DNA of 64,000 bases from Pseudogymnoascus verrucosus. Lineage: Eukaryota. A program made the position numbers and the translations under genes. The stretch's first letter is position 1, and the number at the start of each line of letters is the position of its first letter. Under the pieces are notes generated by a model. That model saw nothing but the letters and a program-made list of their open reading frames with translations, was not told the origin of the DNA and did no database searches. The DNA is taken from assembly GCA_001662655.1 (NCBI GenBank), contig KV460206.1, one strand, 5' to 3'. Of the stretch, positions 10,672 to 23,443 are shown piece after piece.

Positions 10672-13600
10672 TCACGCCAGCTTATCCTCCCCCTCCCTCC
10701 CTCCTCCCACAGCACCCACATCCCTTCCCTCCCCCCTCCCCACCTCAACAACCTCCTCATCATCCAAGCTCGTCCTCCTCCTCGCCTCCGTCGTCCCACT
10801 CGGCCTCTTCCCCTTCCCATCAAAATCCCCACTCGCCTCGCGCTCCCCAATCCCATCAAAGCCCTCATCGCTATCACTATCGCTGCCGCCGAAGAAATCA
10901 TTTCCCTCCTCCTTGCGGCCGTATCTATCGCTTACACTGCGCCTTCGGTGTCCGCGACTCGCGTGGTTAAACGGCCACAGCCCTGAGAAATTCGATGACC
11001 GCGACGCTGAGTCCGTCTCTTGTCCTTCAGCAGCTGGCTCGCCATTGCCGACTTCCTCTGCGCCAACGGCCTTTGAAGACGCGTCAGCAGGTACCTGGAG
11101 CGCTCGCACGGCATCAACTCCATCACCGAAATTATCCTCGAATCCCTCCTCAGTAACCACCTTCCCCCCCTCATCACCCTCCATATCCCACGCCGACACC
11201 TCCGCCGACCCAGAAACAGTCTCGATAGTCAGCTCATCATCCGAGTCCGTGTCAGCAAAGGGATTCGGGTTCGCGGCCGCCTCAATGGCGTCCGGGTCCT
11301 TGTCTGTGGCGTCGTCGCCGTTGCTCGTCTCCTGCGCTTTCTGGTGGAGAGCGAGGCGGGCGGCGAGTTGGCGGCGGGCGCGGGAGGGGGCGATGTTCAG
11401 GGGTGGTGGGGGAGGGGGAGCGAAGGCAGGGGGGTCAATGTCGGATGGGGCGGTGGTTTCGGAGGTTGCGGTTGTGGTTGAGGGGTTGGAGATGTAGCGG
11501 GAGAACTGCGGGGGATAGTGTAAGTAAATGGCTTTGTTAAATCTGAGATGAGGTATGATATGAAAGAGCATCTGGGCCGCCTGACTAGATAAATGATGAC
11601 GATGACTGGAAGGTATGAAAATTGTAAAATGAAAATCGGAACATGAATCACACACTTGAAGAGAGCACTCAGAATGAAAACGGAGCATCTTGACGTAGAA
11701 ACACTTTGAATCTACGAAAAACCACGGCGACTAAACCGAGAGCAATAAACCCCGCGCACGCCTGACATTCTATCAGGCGCATCCATCGCTCAACGAGCAA
11801 AAAAAAAAAAGTTTATACAGAGAATCAAACAAAACACCGAGCCGCCTCAATCTTCCGGGAACAAAGGCCCGTACGCGAGCGGCGGCTCGTGATTCATCAA
11901 CTCGAAATCGAGATCATCATCGTCATGGGGCCGACGCAGGGAAAGAATCTCAGAATTGAAAACACCCACTTCAGCTCCGCCAACATTCGCGCCTCGCATT
12001 CCATCATCGTCATTCATGTCCTCGTCCATCTCCTCGTCCTCTTCGTCGCTCGAGCTGCCGAAGCCGCTCAATAGGGATCCTCCGCCGAGGCCGAAGCCGC
12101 TGCCGGATGTGCCGCTGCCGTTGGAGAGGTCCATTCCGTCCAAGGTCGAGTTGCCGTTTAGGCCGGCGTCGGCGAGGGCGGATGAGCCGCCGCCGATGGC
12201 GGCGTTGACGGCGTTCATTACTGCTTGGCGGGGTCCGAGGTTCTGGTCTGGTCGGACGCCGCCTAGGATGGCGTTGTCGCGCTCTCTTGTTTCGGCGAGG
12301 GTCACCTCGACGTAGTGGTTCCAGTCGAGGTTGAGGACCTTGTCAAGGACCAACTCTGACAGAAGCTCCGGTGGGTGGCGCTCGGTGAACTTCACTACCT
12401 CTTCTGCGATGAGTGTTAGGTGGCCCATGTAGCCTAAGCGCATGCGCTCTAATCGTTGAGCTTCATCGCTCATGTTCTGCCCCCCGACGATTCTGTTGGT
12501 GATATCGCCGGTCTCGAAGAGATCAACGGCAAGGTTGCGGTTATATCCACGGTCCATGGGTCCGTTGAAGACTTGCTGTACAACATCGTAAACGACATTG
12601 TGCAGGAAATTGTTCCATGGGAACCTGAAGAAGAAATCCTATAATTGCACGAGTTAGCTTGGCTCTCCCCTAGATAGTGTGGGTGCGTACCAAAATAGTT
12701 GGCACAACCCTGTGCTCAACAAATTGCATCTTGAGATAGTCTCCGACCACAGGCGACGAGAAATCATCTTCGATCTCGATAGGGTTTGTATCGTCCGCAT
12801 TGTCTAACCGGATAGTGCCGTCAACATCGACCATAGTAGAGTCCTCGATCTCAGTGCCGCTGAAATCAGCTGCCACCGGAACATCTTCTGGAATAGGGAC
12901 CTGGGAAGCAATTTCTTGAACGGAGGATTGGGGTTCTCCCTCCACAACAGTAGCTTCCACTACAGGAGTTTCCGCAACAGGGGCTTCCGCTTCTGGGGTT
13001 TCAGTCCTCTTCTTGGAAAACAAAGGCGCTGGACGATCATCGGGGTGAGGTGTCAGGACGTCTTCGGTGGTTTCCAAACGAACAGGGACCTCAAAGGTTG
13101 CCTCTACAGCATCATCGGTCTTAACAGCTTCCTCGGCCTTAGCAGCTGCCTCTTGTTCAACCTGGTTGCTAATAGCCGCGTCCAAAGCTTCCTTGGCCTG
13201 CTCATCAGGAGACACAGTAGCATCCTTCGCGTGATCATCATAAGACGGCGGTTTGGCATCCGCATCCTTTGGTTCCTCGCTCACATCCAAGTCCTTAACC
13301 TTATCAGACAAATCCTTTGTTGGCGAAAGTGGCGCGACAGTAAGCGAGCTATCCACACCAGCCGGCTGAAGGGCCTCCACCTCAGTGTTGAGCCTAGGAG
13401 AGCTCAACGGCTCATCGACGAACTCGTCATCATCCTTATCCAAGAATGAGGGGAAGCTCTCCGTCTTAATATTGGCGAGCAGCTCATCCTCTGCGTCCAA
13501 CTTCTCGTCAAAGTCGTCTTTAGCGTCATCGCCGAGGTCTTGGGAGTGTGTCACTTCTTCAAATCCGTCATCGTCAGAGGCGTTCTGCACTCCGAGTCTG

Positions 13601-15003
13601 CGGCCTTCGTCAGGAGAGTGGGATCCAAGACGGCTGGTGTCTGAGGACCTCATAGTAAGGTCGTCGCTCTCGAGGTTGAAGCGGTCCCCTGGGGGCGCCA
13701 GCTTTCCCTCTGCCCTCAGTCTCTCGCGCTCCGCATCGCGGGCCCTGACGAGCTCCTCGCTGCCACGCTCATTGAGCAGACCCATATTACTACAGTGCAG
13801 CAACTCCGCCATAAGCTCACAAGTCTTGAACCTATCAAATCCGAGAGGCTCGACCTTGCCGCCGAATGCAGCATTAAGTTCCTTCCTCTTGATTGTAACA
13901 GGGCCGTCATTGCTGCCAATTGTGTGGTCAGGGCTGAGGATAAGAGCCATGAAATCAGGAACGTGCTTGGCAAACATGCGAAGCAGCGTTCCGAGGTAAA
14001 TAGGATCGCGACTCGATGGGGCCATCTGCGATTCCGTGCCAACTTCAGGGTCGTAATCAGAGTTGTTCTTCCTGATAACCTCGATCACGATGCCAACGCC
14101 AACCGTCAACGGGTTACCGCCCTTGAGCATATCGGTAATCAGCTTCTCGACGCAGGGTTGCGAGACCAGTTGGCGAGTGAGCTCATTAGGTCCAATACAG
14201 GACTGCTCATTCTGGGACGCGTTGGCGGATATGGTAATAATAGCCTTGAGGAAGTCTCCGGCTGATGTTTGGGTGGCCCACGAATGCTCGGACGACAAAA
14301 ATGACAGTAGAGTCGGCATTAGGTCTTGCGAATGCAGCCAGTCTACGATTCCTTGCCCGCCCTCGGCCTTCTCTAATGAGATGATTTTGAGCAGTAAATC
14401 CATAACCATCGGGGAATCAACATGCTGAAGCATGTTCTTCACCACGTCAGGAATAGACTTAAACAGCTCCAACATCTCCTCGGTCTTCTTATCAAGTAAA
14501 GCCTCATTAACTTTCGTAAAGTATCCCGCTTGCAGAGGGTCAAGCGGCGGCGGGCAAGCCAGGAACTCCCAGAACTTGCGTAGGAGCGCCTCATTCTCCA
14601 AAAGCGCGGCTGACAGCGACCACGAATCGGACGCCAGGATCTCGGCCGCCACGAACGCGTATCGGTTTCGCTTCTTCTCCCTGTCATCCTCCTCATCCTC
14701 GGAGCTCATCCGCGTCAGCGAGTGAGCCCGCTCCTCGGCCTCCTTGCCCTTGTCGTCATTGTTGTCTTCGTCAATATCATATAAGTCGGATGCGATAGTC
14801 TCCAGCTTCGGCGCGACGACGTATTCGAGCAGGCGCTGCAGAATCGCGTCTTCGCGTAGATACTCGATGAGCTTGGTGTTGTGCGACTTGAGCTCCTGGA
14901 TCAGGTCGCTCTCCTCCAGCAGCTCCTCGAGCGTCACATCGGGCTTCTCGAGCAGGGTGTCGATGGCGGAGATGTTGGCGTATCCGCCAAATCGCCAGAA
15001 CAT
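10672..15003 (-). CDS. SIT4 phosphatase-associated protein (SAPS family, Sap155/185/190-like); exons 15003..12691, 12638..11970, probably 11505..10672
   Basis: MFWRFGGYANISAIDTLL, LGFDRFKTCELMAELLHCSNM, DFFFRFPWNNFLHN and RLGYMGHLTLIAEEVVKF are SAPS hallmarks. The last exon is inferred from the GTGGGT donor at 11969 and the CCCCCGCAG acceptor at 11506 (phase 0, in frame). Confidence 0.9.
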
Positions 15004-16302
15004 CTTGATCTAGGAGGGTCCTTCTTCGTGCCGCAGCTGGCGGGGGTCCAAAGGCTGATGTCCGGGTCCGTTGTTGCAAACTAGATGCGCCGGGTAATTG
15101 TTCATACGGGTAGTCGTTTGCTCGGAGAGGGTCGTATGGGGGTCCGCGGTCGTTCACGCTCGTACGGGTATCACAGGTGAAATGGCAGAAGATGCCGTCG
15201 AGAAGACTGCACAAGGTCTCTTGTCAGCGCTGTCGGGCAAAGGATTCAAACAGGCCCAACACGAAATAACTCGTTCGTTCGCTGCTGCCCGGCGGTGAGA
15301 GTGAGGTGACTCCACCGCGTCTAGGACTTGGATAGGGCCTCGGTTCAGCTTACATTCTATAAGAAAATATATACTCTTGAGAAAGATATCGTCGTGCAGA
15401 AACAAGCTTTTCTGGTAAAGGTCACGCTATCTCTGGGTCGAGCTGAAATTACAGAGCGCGGAGACCAGCACTGGGTATCGTAATTGGCATCAAGAAACAA
15501 AGTATAAGTACAAAGTCGGAAAATGGTCGTCGCGAGAGAAGGGGGAGGATAAGATGCTTTCGAGCGCGGGCACGAGAGGGTGTTTTCGCGGTCGTGAAGG
15601 CAGCGTGGTAGAAGGGGGAAACACGACGTTTATGATGCGGTCGGTCGCTGGTGGTGGTGGTGGTGGTCGTTGCGAATCTCTCCCGGCAAAATCCCTGTCC
15701 AAGGTTCTGGCCTGTGAGAAGCAACGAACCTCACGGTTAGCATTCCCCCTTTATCCCTGGGAAGCAGATCAGACACGGGCAGGGGAAATATACTGACTAG
15801 AGAGGAGATTCTCGCTCTCAGAACTGCTAAATAATGGTATTCTTGGTGGTGGTTTAAGCTGTTTATTTTGTCCCTTCCGTTGCCCAACACAACGTGATGC
15901 CCAGCCTTAGGCCCAGGGCATGGATGACCTGTACAGCCATCAACTCCACTATCCACGTGATAATCTCGCCGAAATAGGCCGCTAAACCTGAAATGGACGT
16001 TCGGGAAGGCAAGTACAGCAAGGCATGACGAAAGAGCACAGAACTACGGTGGGCTATTCATATCGGAGATACAACTTTGCCATCCATATCCCTCAAGGCA
16101 GCTGTGCTATTTGAGGTTCCCTACGCTTCGACATAGATACCCAGGGAATTGTTTTACCTTTGAAGCTGATACCAGCAGCTGGTCTACGCTTTTACTCTAC
16201 GAGGCACTACTCACTCACTTACTCATTCCTTGCCTAGAAGCGGCAAATCAAAAGCGTTGTTTCAACTCTGCCCGCACTGTGTCCGCCACAGCTCACAGCA
16301 CG

Positions 16303-16998
16303 ATGAACCGCCTCTTCGGCGCAAAGAGCACGGGTCCCAAGCCCACGCTCGACGGCGCAATCAGCAATGTTCGCACTCCTCCCTCCCCCCTCTCCTGCCA
16401 AACCGCAACTAACCCCGCCTCCCAGGTTGACAACCGCGTCTCCTCCATCGACGTGAAGCTGGCCAGCATCAACGCCGAGCTCTCGACCTACCAAGCCAAG
16501 CTATCCAAGATGCGCGACGGCCCCGGCAAAAACGCCATCAAGCAGAAGGCGCTCAAGGTGCTGCAGCGGCGCAAGATGTACGAAGGCCAGCGCGAGCAGT
16601 TGGAGCAGCAGTCGTGGAACATGCAGCAGGCGGGGATGATGACGGATAACCTCAAGAACGTGATGACGACGGTGGATGTGATGAAGCAGACCAACAAGAG
16701 CTTGAAGCAGCAGTATGGGAAGATTGATATCGATAAGATCGAGAGGATGCAGGATGAGATGGCGGATTTGATGGATATTGGGAATGATATCCAGGAGAGC
16801 ATTAGTCGGAGTTATGATGTTCCGGAGGATGTGGATGAGGCGGAGTTAGATGCTGAGCTGGAGGCGCTGGGCGATGAGATGGAGTTTGAGGGGCTGGGAC
16901 AGAGCGAGGCCACGCCAAGCTTCATGGTCGACGAGGTGCCGCAGTTCATTGACGAGGCGCCAAATACGGGGGATAAAGTGCAGGAAGCGGCACGGTAG
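16303..16998 (+). CDS. VPS60: ESCRT-III associated protein Vps60/CHMP5 (Snf7 family); exons 16303..16368, 16426..16998
   Basis: MNRLFG start, KQKALKVLQRRKMYE, IDIDKIERMQDEMADL, SRSYDVPEDVDEAELDAELEAL; 57-nt intron GTTCGC...ACTAAC...CCCAG. Confidence 0.94.
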   Translation: MNRLFGAKSTGPKPTLDGAISNVRTPPSPLSCQTATNPASQVDNRVSSIDVKLASINAELSTYQAKLSKMRDGPGKNAIKQKALKVLQRRKMYEGQREQLEQQSWNMQQAGMMTDNLKNVMTTVDVMKQTNKSLKQQYGKIDIDKIERMQDEMADLMDIGNDIQESISRSYDVPEDVDEAELDAELEALGDEMEFEGLGQSEATPSFMVDEVPQFIDEAPNTGDKVQEAAR

Positions 16999-19578
16999 CA
17001 AAGGTGGAGTGGTGTCTTAGCAGTGGCGTTTGGGATAGGAATGATGGCGTTTGTGGAATTAGCATGGCACGGCATAAACAAGGCGATGGTCGACGCGGTT
17101 GACGCGTGGTCGAGCTGAGGGAAGGCACGCGGGGTTCACGTTGACGTCAGGAGAGACGGTTAGAAATAGTTATCTACAGGTCGAGTCGCTCATCGTGTTC
17201 TCTCACCAAGCCATTTTCTTTCTCGATTATATGTTTCCATGCTGCATGCGGCAGTGGCTGATCTTATCATCAATATCGCCCTCGCCTCCCCATGTCTGAC
17301 TGCCAAATGCGTTTAAGACGGCAATATCTTAGTCCTCCACACCATATTAGAGTATCTAAGACAAGCTCTCGGCTCTGTCAACAACGGGGCAAAGCACCGT
17401 GCCACATCCTATCAAGAGGCAATGAGGAATCGCTAGTGTCTATCGTGTTTAGAACAACAGTCTCTATGGTATACCCCTTCACATCACCTGCCTCCATCAC
17501 AGCCCTTCTAGAGTGCAGTTCCTCCTAAGGCGCCGTCCATGTCTCTGAGCAACACTAGGTACAGCCGAGACACGTTCGGGACGGAGCTCACAGGACGAGA
17601 AGGAAGGCGACAGGACAGGGCAGGCGGAGGAATGAATCATTGTAACACCTCCTTCCCGGACGCGAGGGGTCAGTCCTCTGTACGTTGGTGAGAGTTGGCT
17701 GTGTTGGAAATTATGAAAATGACGACCCCGCCAACGCCAACGAAGGGCGCCATCGATGGACATGAAACAGGCTAATACTAAAATTCTCAGCAAGAGGGAT
17801 GGGATGGGGGTTAACTTGGTCACATTTCCGCATGCAGCGATTTTCGCACGTGCTGTCACAAATCGGGGGGAGGAGGGAAGAAGTAGTTTCAGTATAGTAA
17901 GCACTATAGAAGATACTTTGTAGGCTTGGGAGTGTGGGGAGGGGAGGAGTCTTCTACAGCGATCTTGGTGGCAGTTGCACCGTGATTACCGGTTTCTTGG
18001 TGGTCAGTTGTGGATATTTGGTGCTAGAGAAACACGGTAGAGGATACTCTAATGTTAGCTGTTACTCTCCTGTACTGTGGTCTCTGCGTACCATGACGCT
18101 CATCATCGCTCTATTAGATCTTTATTGATACTCGTACACCACATACCACCATGCCTCTTTTTTTCTCCGAACTCTAGTCTGTGCCTTCTCTGTGCTCTGT
18201 TATACCAGACCGCGCACCGAGCCGCCGTACCTGTTCTGTCCTTGCCCTGTCCTTGTCCTCCCACCCTCACATTCCACACCCTTTTCCCGTTCTCCCCGTC
18301 CTCCCCGTGCCTTCCCCCGTACTCCCCTCCCAATCCCCAGCGGCCTGGCTCGCGGTGGCTGGGATGCATTAGTGGCCGTGGCAGCGCGTCGGGGCATCGG
18401 CAAGGGCCGCGCCCAACCAACCGTCTTCCCTTCCCTGACCGCCTTGTACCGTTCTGTGCCTGCCCCTGCCAAATTGCCCATACAAAAATTCAAGGATAGT
18501 GCTGTTGTGTAGCCAACCAGACGCGCAATCACACACGCTTTGAAACCCCTTTTCACACTCTTTTTACTAGATTTTTAGAGAGGAAGTTGCGACGCTGCAA
18601 GGGGGATGTTATGTCAGTTATCCTGCTTAATACAGCATTGGATACTTAATACTATCTACTTTGAGTACAGTATACACCCTGCTTAGGCTAACCGTTTGTG
18701 CGGCCAAGGTTACTGTGACTTGGCTAAATTAATATGGGTGAGAAGTCACGTACTAAAATGTGCTATGTGCTATCTGTGACCGCGTCGTCTATCGATAACC
18801 CCCGTACCCCCGGTATATGGGGCTGGCACTCGCAAGCTGGGCAGAGTAGTGGATCAACCCCCCGGGCAGCTCAATGAGATCCTGGGTTTTTTTATCCCGA
18901 TGGGCTCAGGAGTAAAAAAAGGCTCAGCCCAGAAAGAGCAGAATCCAGTAAAGGCGGTGGCACATCCAGCTGACGGGGAAGAAGTGCAACAACCTCCCTC
19001 CTTTTTGACCCAGTCCTCCCTCACCTGCATACCACCTGTCGTGCATCCCGCCTTCTCGTCCAACGGCTCTCAAGAAAAGGTCCTTCCTTCTAAATCCACT
19101 ACTCAGTTTACCAGTCTCGTCTCACCTGTACGCATTCTGGAACTCGCTGTCTCACATTCTTACTCTCCTTGAGTCGACTTGCCTACACAGTGCTCCATCG
19201 CCCAGCATAAACATCCGCAATGTAAGGAGGGCGACTGCGACCCAGGGAGCTGAAAAGAAACAAAAGACCACCCCCGTGCTTTAAACAACCAGACGTGCAG
19301 TTTCGTCTCAGCCTATACCTCTTCGCCAATCTCAACCTGCAACGGCGCGCAAACAGGCTGGCTTTGCATCTAAGCCTCTGGATACCTACAGACTGACTTC
19401 AACGTCACACGACAGTTTCCAACGCTCTCTTCTAAAAACAACAACAACAACAATTCCAGCTCTAGCATTATACTGCACAAGAAAGGACAGCACTCGCCTG
19501 CTTGGGCACATACAGGATATCCCGGGAGCACCGCATCACACCGCGCCCCACTACCAAACATAACATAAAGTCGACACC

Positions 19579-22306
19579 ATGGACACCCGCGAGATCGACC
19601 GCCATCCCACACCAGAGCGAACAAGGCCACCTGGGTCCAGCGCCTCCCTCCAGTCCCGCGGCACAGCAGGAAGCTCCAACACCTCCTCTTCGAACCTCCC
19701 CCACCACCGAATCCAAAACATACGCAGCGATCGAGGCAAGATGCATGATGCCGCAGAGCAAGGTGGGAGAGAGGGACAGGGACAGGGCGGAGACCTGCTA
19801 CAGGAGAAGCTCCGCGAGATGAAGGCGGCGAGGCTGCATGAGCGCAGGAAGAGCAGAGATGCCGCTGCGTATCAGGATATGCAGCGGGGATCGCAGAGTT
19901 CGCCAGCGGGCCCACGGCGGCGCGATCAGGAATTGGAGGCACCTGGGTCGGCGGATCGGAGAGCTGACCGTGCGAATGGGAAGCAGAAATTGGGTGTCAA
20001 GGCTACGGAAGATGTGAGGCAGATCCTGTAACTAACTCGTGTGGGATATGATACTAACGTGCTTTGCTATTCAGAGAGTTTCCGCTTTACTAAATGAGAA
20101 CTTTGATCTCAAACTCAAATTACACCACCGAAAGGAGCAGCAATCGAAACTCGAAGAGCGCCTGGAGGATTTAGAGGAGCAGGTTAAGCAACAACATGAG
20201 CTTCAAGATATGAACGAGCAATTGGTTTCTGAGCTGGCTAAGCGGGACGTGGCCATTGAACAGGCCGTCAACGTCATAATCGAGCTTGAAGAGAAGGTCG
20301 ACAAACTCATGGAGGAACGAAATGCAGTCAGGTCCCTCCAAGCAGCAACAAGTCTCTACTTGAGTGACCGCGACGACAGCACTATCAACAGTGGAACAAA
20401 CAGCGGAACAAATAGCCAGATCGTGGGCAGCTCGCCTCCAGACGACCCCCGGTATCGCGCCAACTCCGACATAACCCCCTTAGGGCACCGACGACAGGAA
20501 TCGCATTCGAGGTCGCTCGCGAGAATGCCCTCGTTCCTGTCTGAGCGAACTGAGGAGACGGAGGCTCTGCGCAGCCTTTACATACCCCGTGACCAGAGTT
20601 TACCCAGACTATCAGAAGATAATGGCGGAAAGGACGACATGGCGTCTGAACTGGATGGAATGAACAGCCCCCGCCTGAGCGTCCTGAGCGAGAGCTCGTT
20701 TATAAGTGTGTATGGGGCGAAGAGCAATGGCCAGGATCTGGACAGCCTGGACTTGGAATATGAGAACTTGGATTCGCCCGAGCCAAACCGCTTTATGAAC
20801 GCCACATCCGTGGACCAATGGGTCGGAGACGGCCTCAAAAATGCAAACCCGATGGGGCGAAAATCATCTGGGCGAGTTCCGGGTGTTGTTGCCGTAGGAC
20901 AATTCCTATCTATGAACGACGTCGTGAAGTCGCCGCTCCAGCGACTCGAGAAGCTCCAGCGCATTGTTGAGAGGCGTAATGGGCCGGCCATTGCAGCTCG
21001 CCTCATGCAAAATACGTCGGATCACAAACCAAATGATCCGCCGAGGTCTGTGCCTGCGAAGCCGGACAGCATTCGGAGAACGGACTTGGAGTCTTTCGAG
21101 CAACGCGCCCTGCCTCCCACGCCAGACACCTTCAGCACCAACTCGCTACAGCAGTACAAGAATTCAAATTCAACCGATACCCTCAACGCCGACGCGACTA
21201 GCTTCGTGTCCAGAAAGACACAGGAACACGATGATAACAGGCCTTACCTGAGCCGTGCCCAGACCAGCCCTGAGTACGACCTAGCCCGACTCCGTCGCCC
21301 CCGCAGCGCCGCCGAGACCATCACGAGCCGCCGCGACGGACATGGCTGGGACACTGCGACTCAGAGCGAAGTCACAGAGACGAACTCTGACATCGCCAGT
21401 GAGGCAACAAGCACCATGGACCCCTGGGTATCAGCAGCACGAGAGAACCTTCGACCGGTCACATTCCGCGCACCAGAGATGTTCTCCTTCGGCGAGGACT
21501 ACAAGAAAGACTGGGGCCGCGACGTGATGTTCAACCGCCGCGACGACGACATCCCCATCCGCTCGCGCAAACCCCTCGACGCCTCCAACCCCCGTGCCGA
21601 GGACATCACACCCACTATCTACCGCTACGAGCGCTCCGCAAGCGGCTACATCAAAGACCCGCAAGCCTCCCTCGCCGCCCAAATCGAAAACTCATACCAT
21701 CCCGCGCCCCCGGAGCGCCGCTCCTCCCTCGCTAACCCTGGCTCCCCAGCAGGTAACGAGAAACGCCTCCGTCGCCTCCAAGCTGCGCGCGCTGAAGCAG
21801 ATGCGCCAGAGCCGCCGCCTCATGGACCTAAGGCGTCGCCGCAGAAGACTATAGAGGAGCCGCAAAAGCGCGGCTTGTTTAAGATGCTCGGCCTAGGCCG
21901 CTCGGTATCAGCGGCTGTTTCGCAGATGCCACCACCGGCTTTCATGCGTGGGAGTAGTGAACAACCCCCTATCACTACCAAGGATATATCGGCTCCCAAA
22001 CGCATCACGGTCGTTGAAGACATCCGTGATGCCTCTGCTACCCCGCCACCTATCTCGCGCTACCCGCGCGGACGCGCTACAGCTGACGCCCCGAGGCCGT
22101 CGACGTCGCATAGTATGGAGTCCCGCGGCCCGAGCAGCAGGGTGCATTGGGAGCGGAGGCTGAGTACGGGTGCGAGTCCGACTGATGGGGGTGAGGGGAC
22201 GGGAATCCTGGAGACGGGGATGGGGGGGAGGGATATTAGGGATACGGCCAGTACGAGGACGAGGAGGTGGTATGCCCTTGGACGGGTGGGGAGTTTGAGG
22301 AGGTAG
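19579..22306 (+). CDS. Centrosomin N-terminal motif 1 (CM1/Cnn_1N)-like coiled-coil protein, ~888 aa; exons 19579..20013, 20075..22306
   Basis: Spliced junction gives KLGVKATEDRVSALLNENFDLKLKLHHRKEQ, matching the CM1 pattern (L..ENFxLKLxI), followed by a short coiled coil and a long disordered Ser/Pro/Arg-rich tail. Confidence 0.75.
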
Positions 22307-22423
22307 TTTGTTTGGGGGGGGAGGTGTAAAACTTTGTTTGTTGTGTATTGATTTTCAGTCCGTTTGCGGGGGGAGCGCGGAGTTTGGTTGGGTGGATGGG
22401 GCGGTGGGTGGGCTGGTACTCAC

Positions 22424-22483
22424 GCTGCTGCTACTACTACTGCTGCTACTATTACTATTACTACTACTATTACTACTATTGTT
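22424..22483. repeat. Compound trinucleotide microsatellite (CTG/CTA/TTA)n
   Basis: gctgctgctactactactgctgctactattactattactactactattactactatt just downstream of the CM1 gene stop. Confidence 0.9.
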
Positions 22484-23443
22484 ATTCGGGGAAGCTTATT
22501 CAGAGGAGCTAGGTTGGAGAAGAGAGAGAAAATATAATTATTACTTCTAAGTCACGGTCCACCCCGCGGGGATGATCGTACGAAAGTGTCACATGCCGCT
22601 GCGGGTGCGGATGCTTTGTGATGCTGTATGACGGACGAGGAAGCGGCGGCGGGGTGGCTATTGGTCGGCGCTAGGGTTAAGGTTCGCGCCTGCCGCCGCG
22701 CTATGTCGTCTGTCGGCTGTCATTACCGTTCGTGACGACCGGCGATGGGACGCGGATTCTTTGGATTCTTTAGATATGTTTCTATCCTGGAGATGGGGAT
22801 AGGGGAGTATACTGTTCTTGTTTTTGATATACAACTGGCAACTGTGCTATCAATGGCAACATGAGGGGACTAACTAGACCCAGGTGATATAATAGGAAGG
22901 AACACCCCACAGCTTCCCCATGGCTCCTTCCTCGTCCGTTTTTATTTTAGTTATACACTTAACTTCTCGGACTAGCTATCAAAATTTGGTCCGCGCAGGC
23001 TCTAGAGGTCATGTGGTCTCCATACCACCGACTCCATCCAGTCAACTCGCTCCTTCCCATCATATCAGCCCAGTCCCAGACTCTCATACCGCGAGAGTTC
23101 ATGGTAAGCTAAACAGGTAAGCAAAGCCCACATCTACAAGAGGCCCTCTCATTCTGTCAGTATCGTCTTATTCCCCCCCGCTCATTACTACATCTCCATC
23201 CCCCATCATCTCCATCTTTCTTTCTCCGCAAACCCCTCACATCCATCATCTTATCTTTTCTCTCCTCATTTCCCGAGTTATACGAGAAATTATCCATATA
23301 TCGATCGGTAATATAAGATAAGAGCATTCCAAACATTCATTACGCGCCTACGAATCCCCAACCGTCACCACCACCACCAATTCGATTCGAGAGCCGTGGC
23401 GCCGTCGATACCCTTCGAACCAAGCTTCCCCGTCTCTTCCGTC

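Noticed and set aside
16111..16302. N-terminal extensions in the ORF track (VPS60 from 16111, TFIIB from 27834, GH16 from 55913, sugar transporter from 23396)
   Set aside because: They start at TTG/GTG under a bacterial-style ORF rule; family-typical N-termini begin at the downstream ATGs.
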